A DNA stretch of 32,000 nucleotides, taken from NCBI RefSeq assembly GCF_001457595.1, contig NZ_LN831039.1:4260001-4292000 (forward strand), given 5' to 3'. Position 1 is the first letter of the stretch, and every line of letters starts with the position of its first letter. Under the pieces are notes generated by a model. The model was not told the DNA's origin. It made no database searches and saw nothing but the letters and a program-made list of their open reading frames with translations. Both the position numbers and the translations under genes were made by a program. The stretch comes from Mycolicibacterium smegmatis. Lineage in GTDB: Bacteria; Actinomycetota; Actinomycetes; Mycobacteriales; Mycobacteriaceae. Shown one piece after another: positions 25,286 through 32,000 of the stretch.

Positions 25286-26458
25286 CTAACGCCTGCTGAC
25301 CCGCCAGAAGTCGGCCCATGTCGAACGGGTTTCGTAGTCGCTGACCAGGTAGCGGGGGTCGACCGGTTCGGTCTGGCCGATGAAATTCCGCACGTTCGAG
25401 GGATCGTCGGGCAGCGGTACGGTTCTGCTGGTCGAGACCTTGCCATCGGCCGCCAGCGGCGCGAACCCTTCTTCGGTGAACAGGTAGTGGATGTAGAGCT
25501 TCGCGGTGTTCGGGCTCTTCGATTTGGCGGCGATGGCCACGGCTGACGGGAACGCCTTCAGCGCCCACGGTTTCAGGCCGTCGCAGATCGCCATGGCGTA
25601 GCCCTTGCCCTTGACGTTGCGGAACTTCGCCATCGACACCGGCCCGATGCTCGGCGCGCTCTGGCCGGGGGCACCGACGGCCTCGGACACTTCCTCATCG
25701 GTCTTGGTCAACTGGGGATGGTTCTGCGCGAAGCGCCTGACCCATTCGTGGCCGGCGGACGGCTGGTCTGTCTTCAGCTCCGTGCCGTATCGCTCGCGGT
25801 AGAGATCACGCAGTGCCTGATCGTCGCGAAGGCTCAGCTCGTTGAACCATGTCATGTACTTGGGGTTGCTCAACGGGTCGGCCATGGCGACCCGCCCGCT
25901 CCATTCGGGTTCGGTGAGCTGCCAGATGTTCGACACCGGGCACCGGTCGTAGACCGCGTTGTTGTACACCCATCCGAACGTGCCTTGATGGACCAGCAGC
26001 GGGTACCGCTCGTCTTCTGATATGTCGTCGCGCACATCCCCTGGTACCCAGTTGACCAACACGCCCTGGTCCAACAACTCGATGGCGTAGGTGGCCAGAT
26101 CCTCGTTCACCACGACGTCGGCCACCACGTTGCCCGATTCGTGTTCGCGCACCACCTTTTCGATGGCGCCGAGCTCGACCTTGACGCCACGCGCACGAAC
26201 GCCGTACTTCTCGGCGAAGTTCTCCGCGAGCTTGACCACGGTACCGGACTGGTCGTAGACCGTGATGCCGGACTCCTTGCGGGCCGCGGCGATCAGCGCG
26301 TCGAGGTCGAAACCCTGCGGCGTCTCGTCGGGCTGGAGCGTCGCAGGAGCCGAAAGGACCTGTGGCGCCGCCCGACTGGGGTCCACACCGGGCGGGGCGC
26401 AGCCGGCGATCAGGGCCACCGCGCCGAGACCCGCCACCATGCAAGCGATCCGCGTCAC
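25286..26458 (-). CDS. ABC transporter substrate-binding lipoprotein (Fe3+/thiamine/aminoethylphosphonate-type PBP2 family)
   Basis: MTRIACMVAGLGAVALIAGC is a signal peptide with lipobox IAGC. The 390-aa periplasmic-binding-protein-like body is last in an operon with a permease and an ATPase. Its GTG start overlaps the upstream stop (GTGA at 26455-26458). Confidence 0.85.
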   Translation of the reverse strand: MTRIACMVAGLGAVALIAGCAPPGVDPSRAAPQVLSAPATLQPDETPQGFDLDALIAAARKESGITVYDQSGTVVKLAENFAEKYGVRARGVKVELGAIEKVVREHESGNVVADVVVNEDLATYAIELLDQGVLVNWVPGDVRDDISEDERYPLLVHQGTFGWVYNNAVYDRCPVSNIWQLTEPEWSGRVAMADPLSNPKYMTWFNELSLRDDQALRDLYRERYGTELKTDQPSAGHEWVRRFAQNHPQLTKTDEEVSEAVGAPGQSAPSIGPVSMAKFRNVKGKGYAMAICDGLKPWALKAFPSAVAIAAKSKSPNTAKLYIHYLFTEEGFAPLAADGKVSTSRTVPLPDDPSNVRNFIGQTEPVDPRYLVSDYETRSTWADFWRVSRR

Positions 26459-27309
26459 CGGACTGCCTCCCGCCTGCGGGTGTGCTCGTCACGGATGACC
26501 GATCCTTTACGCATGATCGGTTCGAGCAGTGTGGTGTCCGCATCCCGAACGAGCCCGAGGTAATGCGGAGCCAGGAACACATCGCGGCCCTGCACCCTGG
26601 ATCCGTCGGAATACCCGACGTAGGTGCCGCCGGCCTGTTCGAGGATGAAGCTGCCCGCAGCAACATCCCACGAGTTGGTTCCGAAGTTCAGGGTCACATC
26701 ACCCCATCCGGCGGCGACGTGCGCGAGGCTCAACGCACCGGAGCCCTTGTTGCGCACGGCCGAATAGGCTCGCACCAGGTTCGCATACTCCGTCATCGCG
26801 AACTGCTCGTCGGCTTCCAGGTCGGCAGGCATCGGAAAATGCGCCAGCATCGTCGACCGCGACGGCGCGGTGAAACCTCTCGCGTGCAGCGGTCTGCCGT
26901 TGAGGAACGCACCTGACCCGTCGGCGTGGAACATCAGATCGGCGACCGGGTCGTAAACCGCCCCGGCAACCCTCTCACCATCGACCGTCGCCCCGATGGA
27001 CACGCACCAGAAGGCGATTCCCCGTGCGAAGTTCGCAGTCCCGTCGATCGGGTCGACATACCACGTCAGTGCCGACTCACCGGTGCGTCCCCCTTCTTCG
27101 CCGACGATTGCCGACTCCGGGTGCGCATCGAGTAGCAGCCTGGCTATTTGGCGTTCGGCGGCGCTGTCGTATTCGGTCACCAGGTCGTGCATGTCGGCCT
27201 TGGTGGTGATGTCCACATCGGTGCGGAAGGCCTCCAGGAGCATCGGAGCGACATCGCGTGCGGCAGACATCGCGAGCGTCATCAGTTCGGTGGAGCGGTA
27301 GCTGGTCAT
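26455..27309 (-). CDS. Inositol monophosphatase family phosphatase embedded in the ABC operon
   Basis: IMPase motifs are IVGEEGG, WYVDPIDGTANF and WDVAAGSFIL. Length is 284 aa. ATGA/GTGA overlaps occur at both ends (27306-27309 and 26455-26458). Confidence 0.88.
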   Translation of the reverse strand: MTSYRSTELMTLAMSAARDVAPMLLEAFRTDVDITTKADMHDLVTEYDSAAERQIARLLLDAHPESAIVGEEGGRTGESALTWYVDPIDGTANFARGIAFWCVSIGATVDGERVAGAVYDPVADLMFHADGSGAFLNGRPLHARGFTAPSRSTMLAHFPMPADLEADEQFAMTEYANLVRAYSAVRNKGSGALSLAHVAAGWGDVTLNFGTNSWDVAAGSFILEQAGGTYVGYSDGSRVQGRDVFLAPHYLGLVRDADTTLLEPIMRKGSVIRDEHTRRREAVR

Positions 27310-28427
27310 CGTGTCCTCACATCCGCGACGTCCAGCTCGTGGACCCGGCGGCCGTCGCGATCGAATGCATGGGTTTCTGCGGCGTCGGCGAACAGGAACA
27401 CCTGCTGCCCCACGCTCAGATCGGGCTTATCGATGGTGACGGCGAAGAATCGCTGACCGTCGCAGACGGTCTCGACGATCCAGCTGCCCCCGGTCGGCAG
27501 CAGTGCGGAGACCTCGGCGGTCAGGACGAATCCGGCACGCATCGGCGCACTGTCCAGGATGCGCACGGCTTCCGGGCGGAATCCGACCGACATCACCTCG
27601 GTGGCACAGGAGGACCCCGCGACGTAGCGCGCGGCCGCCCGCCGCCCCTCGGCGCCGGGCCCCTCGGCGTCGAGTTCGACGATGTTCATCGGCGGGTTGC
27701 CGAGGAACTCGGCGACGAACCGGTTCGCGGGCCGGTCATAGATCTCGGTCGGTGTACCGATCTGCTGCAGCCTGCCTTCGAACATGACCGCGATGCGGGT
27801 GGCCAGCGTCATGGCCTCCCACTGATCGTGCGTGACGAAGACGATGGTGGATCCGAACTCGCGGTGGATGCGGCCGAGTTCGGCACGCATCTCAAGGCGG
27901 AGCCGGGAATCGAGGTTGGACAGCGGCTCGTCGAGCAGCATCACGTCGGGATTGACCGCGAGCATGCGTGCCAGCGCCACGCGTTGTTGTTGCCCACCGG
28001 ACAGCTGGGACGGGTAGCGGTCGCCGTAGCGCGCGATGCCCATGGTCTTCATCACCGAAGCCACTTGCTCCTGCTGCTGTGCCTTCGGCAGTTTGCGAAG
28101 CTTCACGCCGTAGGCGATGTTCTTCTCCACCGTGAGATGCGGCCACAGTGCATAGGTCTGGAAGACCAGGCCCATGCCGCGACGCTCGGCCGGAACGAAC
28201 GTCCCTTCTGCAACCGAGTCCATCACGGTGTCCCCCACCGAGATCGATCCGGCGGTGGGGTGCTCGAGGCCTGCGATCATGCGCAAGGTGGTGGTCTTCC
28301 CGCAGCCGGAGGGCCCGAGCATGCACATGAAATCGCCGTCTTCGATGGTGAGGTTCAATGTCGAAACCGCATGGGGGCCGTCACCGCCGTAGTGCTTCTC
28401 CACGTCACGCAGCCTGATCTGTGGCAT
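27306..28427 (-). CDS. ABC transporter ATP-binding protein (PotA/FbpC/MalK-like with C-terminal TOBE-type domain)
   Basis: An internal ATG at 28425-28427 gives MPQIRLRDVEKHY.... Walker A is GPSGCGKTT, the Q-loop and signature LSGGQQQRVALAR are present, and Walker B is VMLLDEPLS. The H-loop reads FVTHDQ. Length is 373 aa. The 5' 96 codons of the track ORF overlap the permease gene and are not credible. Confidence 0.92.
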   Translation of the reverse strand: MPQIRLRDVEKHYGGDGPHAVSTLNLTIEDGDFMCMLGPSGCGKTTTLRMIAGLEHPTAGSISVGDTVMDSVAEGTFVPAERRGMGLVFQTYALWPHLTVEKNIAYGVKLRKLPKAQQQEQVASVMKTMGIARYGDRYPSQLSGGQQQRVALARMLAVNPDVMLLDEPLSNLDSRLRLEMRAELGRIHREFGSTIVFVTHDQWEAMTLATRIAVMFEGRLQQIGTPTEIYDRPANRFVAEFLGNPPMNIVELDAEGPGAEGRRAAARYVAGSSCATEVMSVGFRPEAVRILDSAPMRAGFVLTAEVSALLPTGGSWIVETVCDGQRFFAVTIDKPDLSVGQQVFLFADAAETHAFDRDGRRVHELDVADVRTR

Positions 28428-28429
28428 CG

Positions 28430-30250
28430 CTATCCTTCCAATCCGCTCGCGAGGTCTGTCTTGAGGAGTTTCTGAATCGAGTACGTGCCGAGGAATGCCA
28501 CCGCCGCCACGATGAGCACGACGCCGTTGGCCGATTGGGTGTATCCGAAGTCCACCAGACGTATCGCCAACGTGGTCAACACGTCGCCGCCGGGAACCGC
28601 GAGGATGACGACCAGGCTCAGGCTCTTGATGCCGGATATGAAGGGCATCAGAATTCCTGCGGCCAACGCGCCCTTCTGAATCGGCAACACCACCGTGCCC
28701 ATGCGTCGTAGCCAACCGGCGCCCATGATCTGCGCCGATTCCTCCGCATCGCGGCCCAGTTGCATCATCGCCGAGATACCGGCCCGCGAGGCGAACGGCA
28801 TCTGATCGGCCAGGTAGATCAGCAGCAGAATGACGGTCGTGCCGTACAGCGCCGGTATCGGTCCGCGCGGCACCGCGAACAACGTGATGTAGGCGACCGC
28901 GAACGCGATCCCCGGCACCAGATAGGGAAGAAAGGTCAACTGCCGCAACACCGTCGACAGGATCCGTGATTCCGACCGCACCACCACGTAACCGACCAGC
29001 AGTCCGAGGATGCCCGCAGCGACCGAGGCGAGGCCCACGATCCAGAAACTGTTCCAGACAGCGCTCCAGACACTGGGACTCACCAGGATGCCGTCCGGGA
29101 ACGCGGGCGTGTTCAGGTCACGCCCGATCCAGTATTGAAGCGTGAAGTTGTCGCGCGTGAACTCGGCAGGCACCTTCATGACGGTCGACAGGCACAGCAC
29201 CGCGATCGGCACCGCCACGCTGACCGCGAACAATGCCGCGCACCACATCGTGGCCGGCGCGCGCCACCTACCCAGATCCACCGCGCGATTGAGGGCGCCC
29301 TTGCCACCGATTGTGACGAATCGCCTTGCCTCCTTGAGGAAATGCACGTCGACCCACAGGGACACCAGGCCGATCAGCACGATCGCCGCGACCAGGATCG
29401 CCGCGACACCGGTCTGGTCGGAGGCGATGCTGCGATACAGCGAGGTGGCGAGCACGTCGAACCCGACGGGCAGACCGAGGATGTATGCGACGCCGAACTC
29501 ACCGAGCACCTTGGCAAGGATCAACGTGGTGGCCGAGATGAGCGCCGGACGCATCATCGGCACGATGATCGTGAAGGTGACGGCAAGACGGCTCGCGCCC
29601 AGTATCCGCGCCGACTCCTCGAGCTGAGAATCGAAGCGCTTGAGCGCATTTCCGACGAGCAGGATCACGAACGGCGAGAAGTGCATGGTGAAGATCACGA
29701 TGATCGGGAGCCGGCCGTAGGCCAGCCAGTCGCCGGGCACGAACCCGAGCTGCTCCATCCAGCCCAGTTGGCCTCCCGCGGTTCGGTTCTTGAACACCGT
29801 GGTCCAGGCCAGTGCGAACGTCCACGACGGCAACATGTACGGCACGATCAACGCGGTGGCGAACCACTTGCGGCCGAAGACGTTGCTGCGGGCGATGAAC
29901 CAGGCCGCGACACCGCCGACCACCAAGGCGAACAGCACCGAGAAGAAGGCGATCGTCACGGTGTTCCACAGCGGCGTCCAGAAGATGTCGACCGCCGTCG
30001 GCGAGCGCAGCACGCGCCACAGGTAGTAGGTGGTCGGCTCGCCCGTGGCCTTGCGTGTGATGCCCTCGTCGGCGCGTTCGACGCGGAACCCGTCGATCAT
30101 CAACACCACGATGGGAACCGCGATCAGATAGCCGAACAGCACCAGCGTCAGCAGCCCGATCGCCGTGGTCGGGTTACGCAGCGCGACACGTGCCCGGTAG
30201 CCCAGTGCCCGGCGGGGCGGACCGTCCGGCAGCCGAGTCGAAACACTCAC
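28430..30250 (-). CDS. Fused two-domain ABC transporter permease (FbpB/ThiP/PhnUV-like, about 12 TM)
   Basis: This is a 606-aa highly hydrophobic protein with two tandem MetI-like halves, each with an EAA-type loop (EESARILGASRL and EESAQIMGAGWL). The GTG start at 30248-30250 has AAGGA about 10 nt upstream. Confidence 0.88.
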   Translation of the reverse strand: MSVSTRLPDGPPRRALGYRARVALRNPTTAIGLLTLVLFGYLIAVPIVVLMIDGFRVERADEGITRKATGEPTTYYLWRVLRSPTAVDIFWTPLWNTVTIAFFSVLFALVVGGVAAWFIARSNVFGRKWFATALIVPYMLPSWTFALAWTTVFKNRTAGGQLGWMEQLGFVPGDWLAYGRLPIIVIFTMHFSPFVILLVGNALKRFDSQLEESARILGASRLAVTFTIIVPMMRPALISATTLILAKVLGEFGVAYILGLPVGFDVLATSLYRSIASDQTGVAAILVAAIVLIGLVSLWVDVHFLKEARRFVTIGGKGALNRAVDLGRWRAPATMWCAALFAVSVAVPIAVLCLSTVMKVPAEFTRDNFTLQYWIGRDLNTPAFPDGILVSPSVWSAVWNSFWIVGLASVAAGILGLLVGYVVVRSESRILSTVLRQLTFLPYLVPGIAFAVAYITLFAVPRGPIPALYGTTVILLLIYLADQMPFASRAGISAMMQLGRDAEESAQIMGAGWLRRMGTVVLPIQKGALAAGILMPFISGIKSLSLVVILAVPGGDVLTTLAIRLVDFGYTQSANGVVLIVAAVAFLGTYSIQKLLKTDLASGLEG

Positions 30251-30277
30251 GGAAGGGGTCCTTGTCTCTCTACACCG

Positions 30278-30303
30278 AAGACATCCATAAATGTGGATGT
30301 CTT
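30278..30303. promoter_or_regulatory. Perfect 10-bp inverted repeat AAGACATCCA-N6-TGGATGTCTT, candidate operator in the divergent permease/gntR intergenic region
   Basis: Read directly: arms are 30278-30287 and 30294-30303 with spacer TAAATG. It lies 28 nt upstream of the permease start and 99 nt upstream of the GntR start, in a locally AT-richer patch. Confidence 0.4.
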
Positions 30304-30401
30304 GTCATAGTGACACAGCTGCGACGAGATGTACATCACCCCGATCAACTTCGGTGGCTCGCCTCACCGCCGCCCCGAGCCGGCTGGCTTAGCATGGTCG
30401 G

Positions 30402-31166
30402 GTGACCCACAGCGCTACCCAACCCGGCGCTATCAGCGACTTCGTCCCGGTCGATCAGTCGGTGTCACTCCCCCTCTACGTGCAGGTGATCGACCAGATC
30501 GAGAACGGCATCAGACGCGGCAGCCTCCCGCCAGGTTCGTTCCTGCCCGCCGAGCCACAGCTCGTACGTGACTTCCAAGTGGCCCGCGGCACCCTGCGCC
30601 GGGCGATCGACTACCTGATCGACAAGGGTCTGATCGTGCGCGTCCGGGGCGTCGGAACCCGGGTCGCGGCCGCGCCGGGCATCGACAAACCCGGGATCCG
30701 CAGTCTGTACGCCGAACTTGCGGCGGCCGACCGCAAACCCGCGACCAAAGTGCTCACCGTCGACACCGCCGAGGCCGACCGCGCATTGTCCGACATCACC
30801 GGGTTCGCCATCGGCACACCGTTGCGGATCATCCGCAGGCTACGACTGGCCAACGATCTTCCGGTCGCGGTGATGGAGAACTACTTCCCCGCCGAGTTCC
30901 CCGAACCGCGGGTGGACGAACTCACCGAGCGCAGCATGGACGAATACTGGGAACGCATCGGGCATTCCGCCGCGATGGTGCGCCAGGAGGTCATCGCGTG
31001 CCTGCCGACCGCAGAGCAGTCGGCGTTGCTCCGCATCGAGCCAGGGACCCCGATACTCTCCGAACACCTTCGGGTCTATGACGATTCGCGGCAGTTCACC
31101 AACTATTCGCGAAACTTCTACCATCCCACGCTGTACCGGATGACCTCGGTCTCCACCACTCAGTGA
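30402..31166 (+). CDS. GntR-family transcriptional regulator, HutC/UTRA subfamily
   Basis: The N-terminal wHTH is PLYVQVIDQIENGIRRGSLPPGSFLPAEPQLVRDFQVARGTLRRAIDYLIDKGLIVRVRGVGTRV, followed by a ~150-aa UTRA-like effector domain. Length is 254 aa from a GTG start. It is divergent from the ABC operon. Confidence 0.9.
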   Translation: MTHSATQPGAISDFVPVDQSVSLPLYVQVIDQIENGIRRGSLPPGSFLPAEPQLVRDFQVARGTLRRAIDYLIDKGLIVRVRGVGTRVAAAPGIDKPGIRSLYAELAAADRKPATKVLTVDTAEADRALSDITGFAIGTPLRIIRRLRLANDLPVAVMENYFPAEFPEPRVDELTERSMDEYWERIGHSAAMVRQEVIACLPTAEQSALLRIEPGTPILSEHLRVYDDSRQFTNYSRNFYHPTLYRMTSVSTTQ

Positions 31167-31175
31167 CGGCCCGGC

Positions 31176-31568
31176 TCAGTATTCCTGCGGTTTCACCGCC
31201 AGCACCGGTTTGGGGCACTCCAGCAGCAACCGCTGCGACACGCTGCCGAGCAGGAGCTTGCCCACCGGGCTGCGGTGGCGGATCCCGATCACCAGCAGCT
31301 CGGCGTCGGGCCTGTCCATGGCGGTGAGCAGTTCCTCGGCCGCGTCCACGCCCACCGGCTGCCGGATCTCGAACGGCACGCCGCTGTCCCGCAGATGCTC
31401 CTCGACGTCGTGGACCTCGCCCGAGCGCGCGAACCGCGCGTCGACGTAGGCGTCACCCGCGGTCGCGTTGATCACCAGCACGCCGGTGTCCCGCCGATTG
31501 GCCTCGGCGATCCCGTGTTCGATCGCGGCCCGGCCGAACTGATCCGCGCTGTAGCCGATGACGATCAT
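31176..31568 (-). CDS. Universal stress protein (UspA family, single domain)
   Basis: The sequence is MIVIGYSADQFGRAAIEHGI...LLVIGIRHRSPVGKLLLGSVSQRLLLECPKPVLAVK, containing the G-x2-G-x9-G(S/T) ATP-binding motif. Length is 130 aa. Its ATG overlaps the upstream stop (ATGA at 31565-31568). Confidence 0.85.
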   Translation of the reverse strand: MIVIGYSADQFGRAAIEHGIAEANRRDTGVLVINATAGDAYVDARFARSGEVHDVEEHLRDSGVPFEIRQPVGVDAAEELLTAMDRPDAELLVIGIRHRSPVGKLLLGSVSQRLLLECPKPVLAVKPQEY

Positions 31569-32000
31569 CGCTGGGCCTGCGCTTTCTCCTGCTGATCCAC
31601 ATCGTCCTCGACGATCAACAGCGTCTCCTCACTGCGGTGCATCAACCTGAGCACCAGCGGCATGAGCAGCAGGATCGCCATGAGGACATAGACCACGATC
31701 GCGACCGGTTCGGTGAACAGGCTCGACCAGTCACCGCCACCGAGCTGAAGGCTCTGGCGCAGTTGCCGTTCGATGCGCGGGCCGAGGATCACGCCGATGA
31801 TGAGCGGCAGCACCGGAAGCCCGAAGCGGCGCATCATGAGACCCAGCAGCCCGAACACCAACAGCAGCGCCAGATCCAGCGCCTGCACGTTCACCGCGAG
31901 CGCACCCAGCGTCGCGAAGAACAGGATGCCGGCGTACAGGTAGGGCCGCGGAGTGCGCAGCAGCCGCGCCCACAGTGGCGCCAGCGGCAGGTTGAGGACC
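31565..32000 (-). CDS. Tripartite tricarboxylate transporter permease TctA-like, C-terminal part (5' end outside the window)
   Basis: The frame stays open upstream of the track's GTG to the window edge (...LRTPRPYLYAGILFFATLGALAVNVQALDLALLLVFGLLGLMMRRFGLPVLPLIIGVILGP...). These hydrophobic TctA-type segments are followed by an acidic tail. Confidence 0.8.
   Translation of the reverse strand, partial: VLNLPLAPLWARLLRTPRPYLYAGILFFATLGALAVNVQALDLALLLVFGLLGLMMRRFGLPVLPLIIGVILGPRIERQLRQSLQLGGGDWSSLFTEPVAIVVYVLMAILLLMPLVLRLMHRSEETLLIVEDDVDQQEKAQAQR

Noticed and set aside
28428-28715. N-terminal 96-codon extension of the ABC ATPase ORF, and similar 5' extensions of other track ORFs (2498..2827, 3385..3546, 4649..4702, 6525..6932, 7096..7362, 7803..7886)
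   Set aside because: The extensions overlap the 3' ends of upstream genes, are Arg/His/Gly-rich, and precede internal start codons at which family-typical N-termini begin. These are MPQIRL, MRQTGSL, MGSRTASLGGK, MQSWSAP, MTSEVSG, MARAIHVF and MTVILLRHG.
1-32000. CRISPR arrays, rRNA genes, additional tRNAs and tandem repeats
   Set aside because: I saw no regularly spaced direct repeats and no rRNA-like stretches by eye. The only cloverleaf I could fold is the tRNA-Leu at 13651-13736. A computational scan (tRNAscan-SE, CRISPR finders, TRF) would be needed to be certain.

Overview
High-G+C actinobacterial chromosome, almost certainly a fast-growing Mycobacterium/Mycolicibacterium. From memory, gene order and family names fit M. 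smegmatis mc2 155 around MSMEG_4189-4206; I cannot verify this here. Positions 1-13.5 kb are a housekeeping block colinear with M. tuberculosis Rv2125-Rv2141c: PAC2 protein, DUF1254/DUF1214 lipoprotein, SDR, mshC, cysQ, the SCO1664-family/DUF3090/phosphomutase trio, uppP, lppL, DUF5703, pyrD, PEBP and an M20 peptidase. A tRNA-Leu(GAG) at 13651-13736 ends that block. Next comes an accessory-looking segment (13.8-21.1 kb). It holds an operon of a cytoplasmic subtilase with an Mrr_N-like winged helix plus an alpha/beta hydrolase, and a divergent, translationally coupled pair of a mini-catalase-like heme protein and a large ATPase-LuxR (LAL) regulator. The subtilase/hydrolase pair is my best candidate for an undescribed conflict or defence module. 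After that come the fused molybdopterin-diflavin assimilatory nitrate reductase nasN (21.1-25.2 kb), a GntR-controlled Fbp/PhnS-like ABC importer operon with an embedded inositol-monophosphatase-family gene (25.3-31.2 kb), a universal stress protein and the 3' part of a tctA-like permease. I saw no CRISPR array, rRNA, transposase or integrase. Many long antisense ORFs in the track are high-G+C artefacts.
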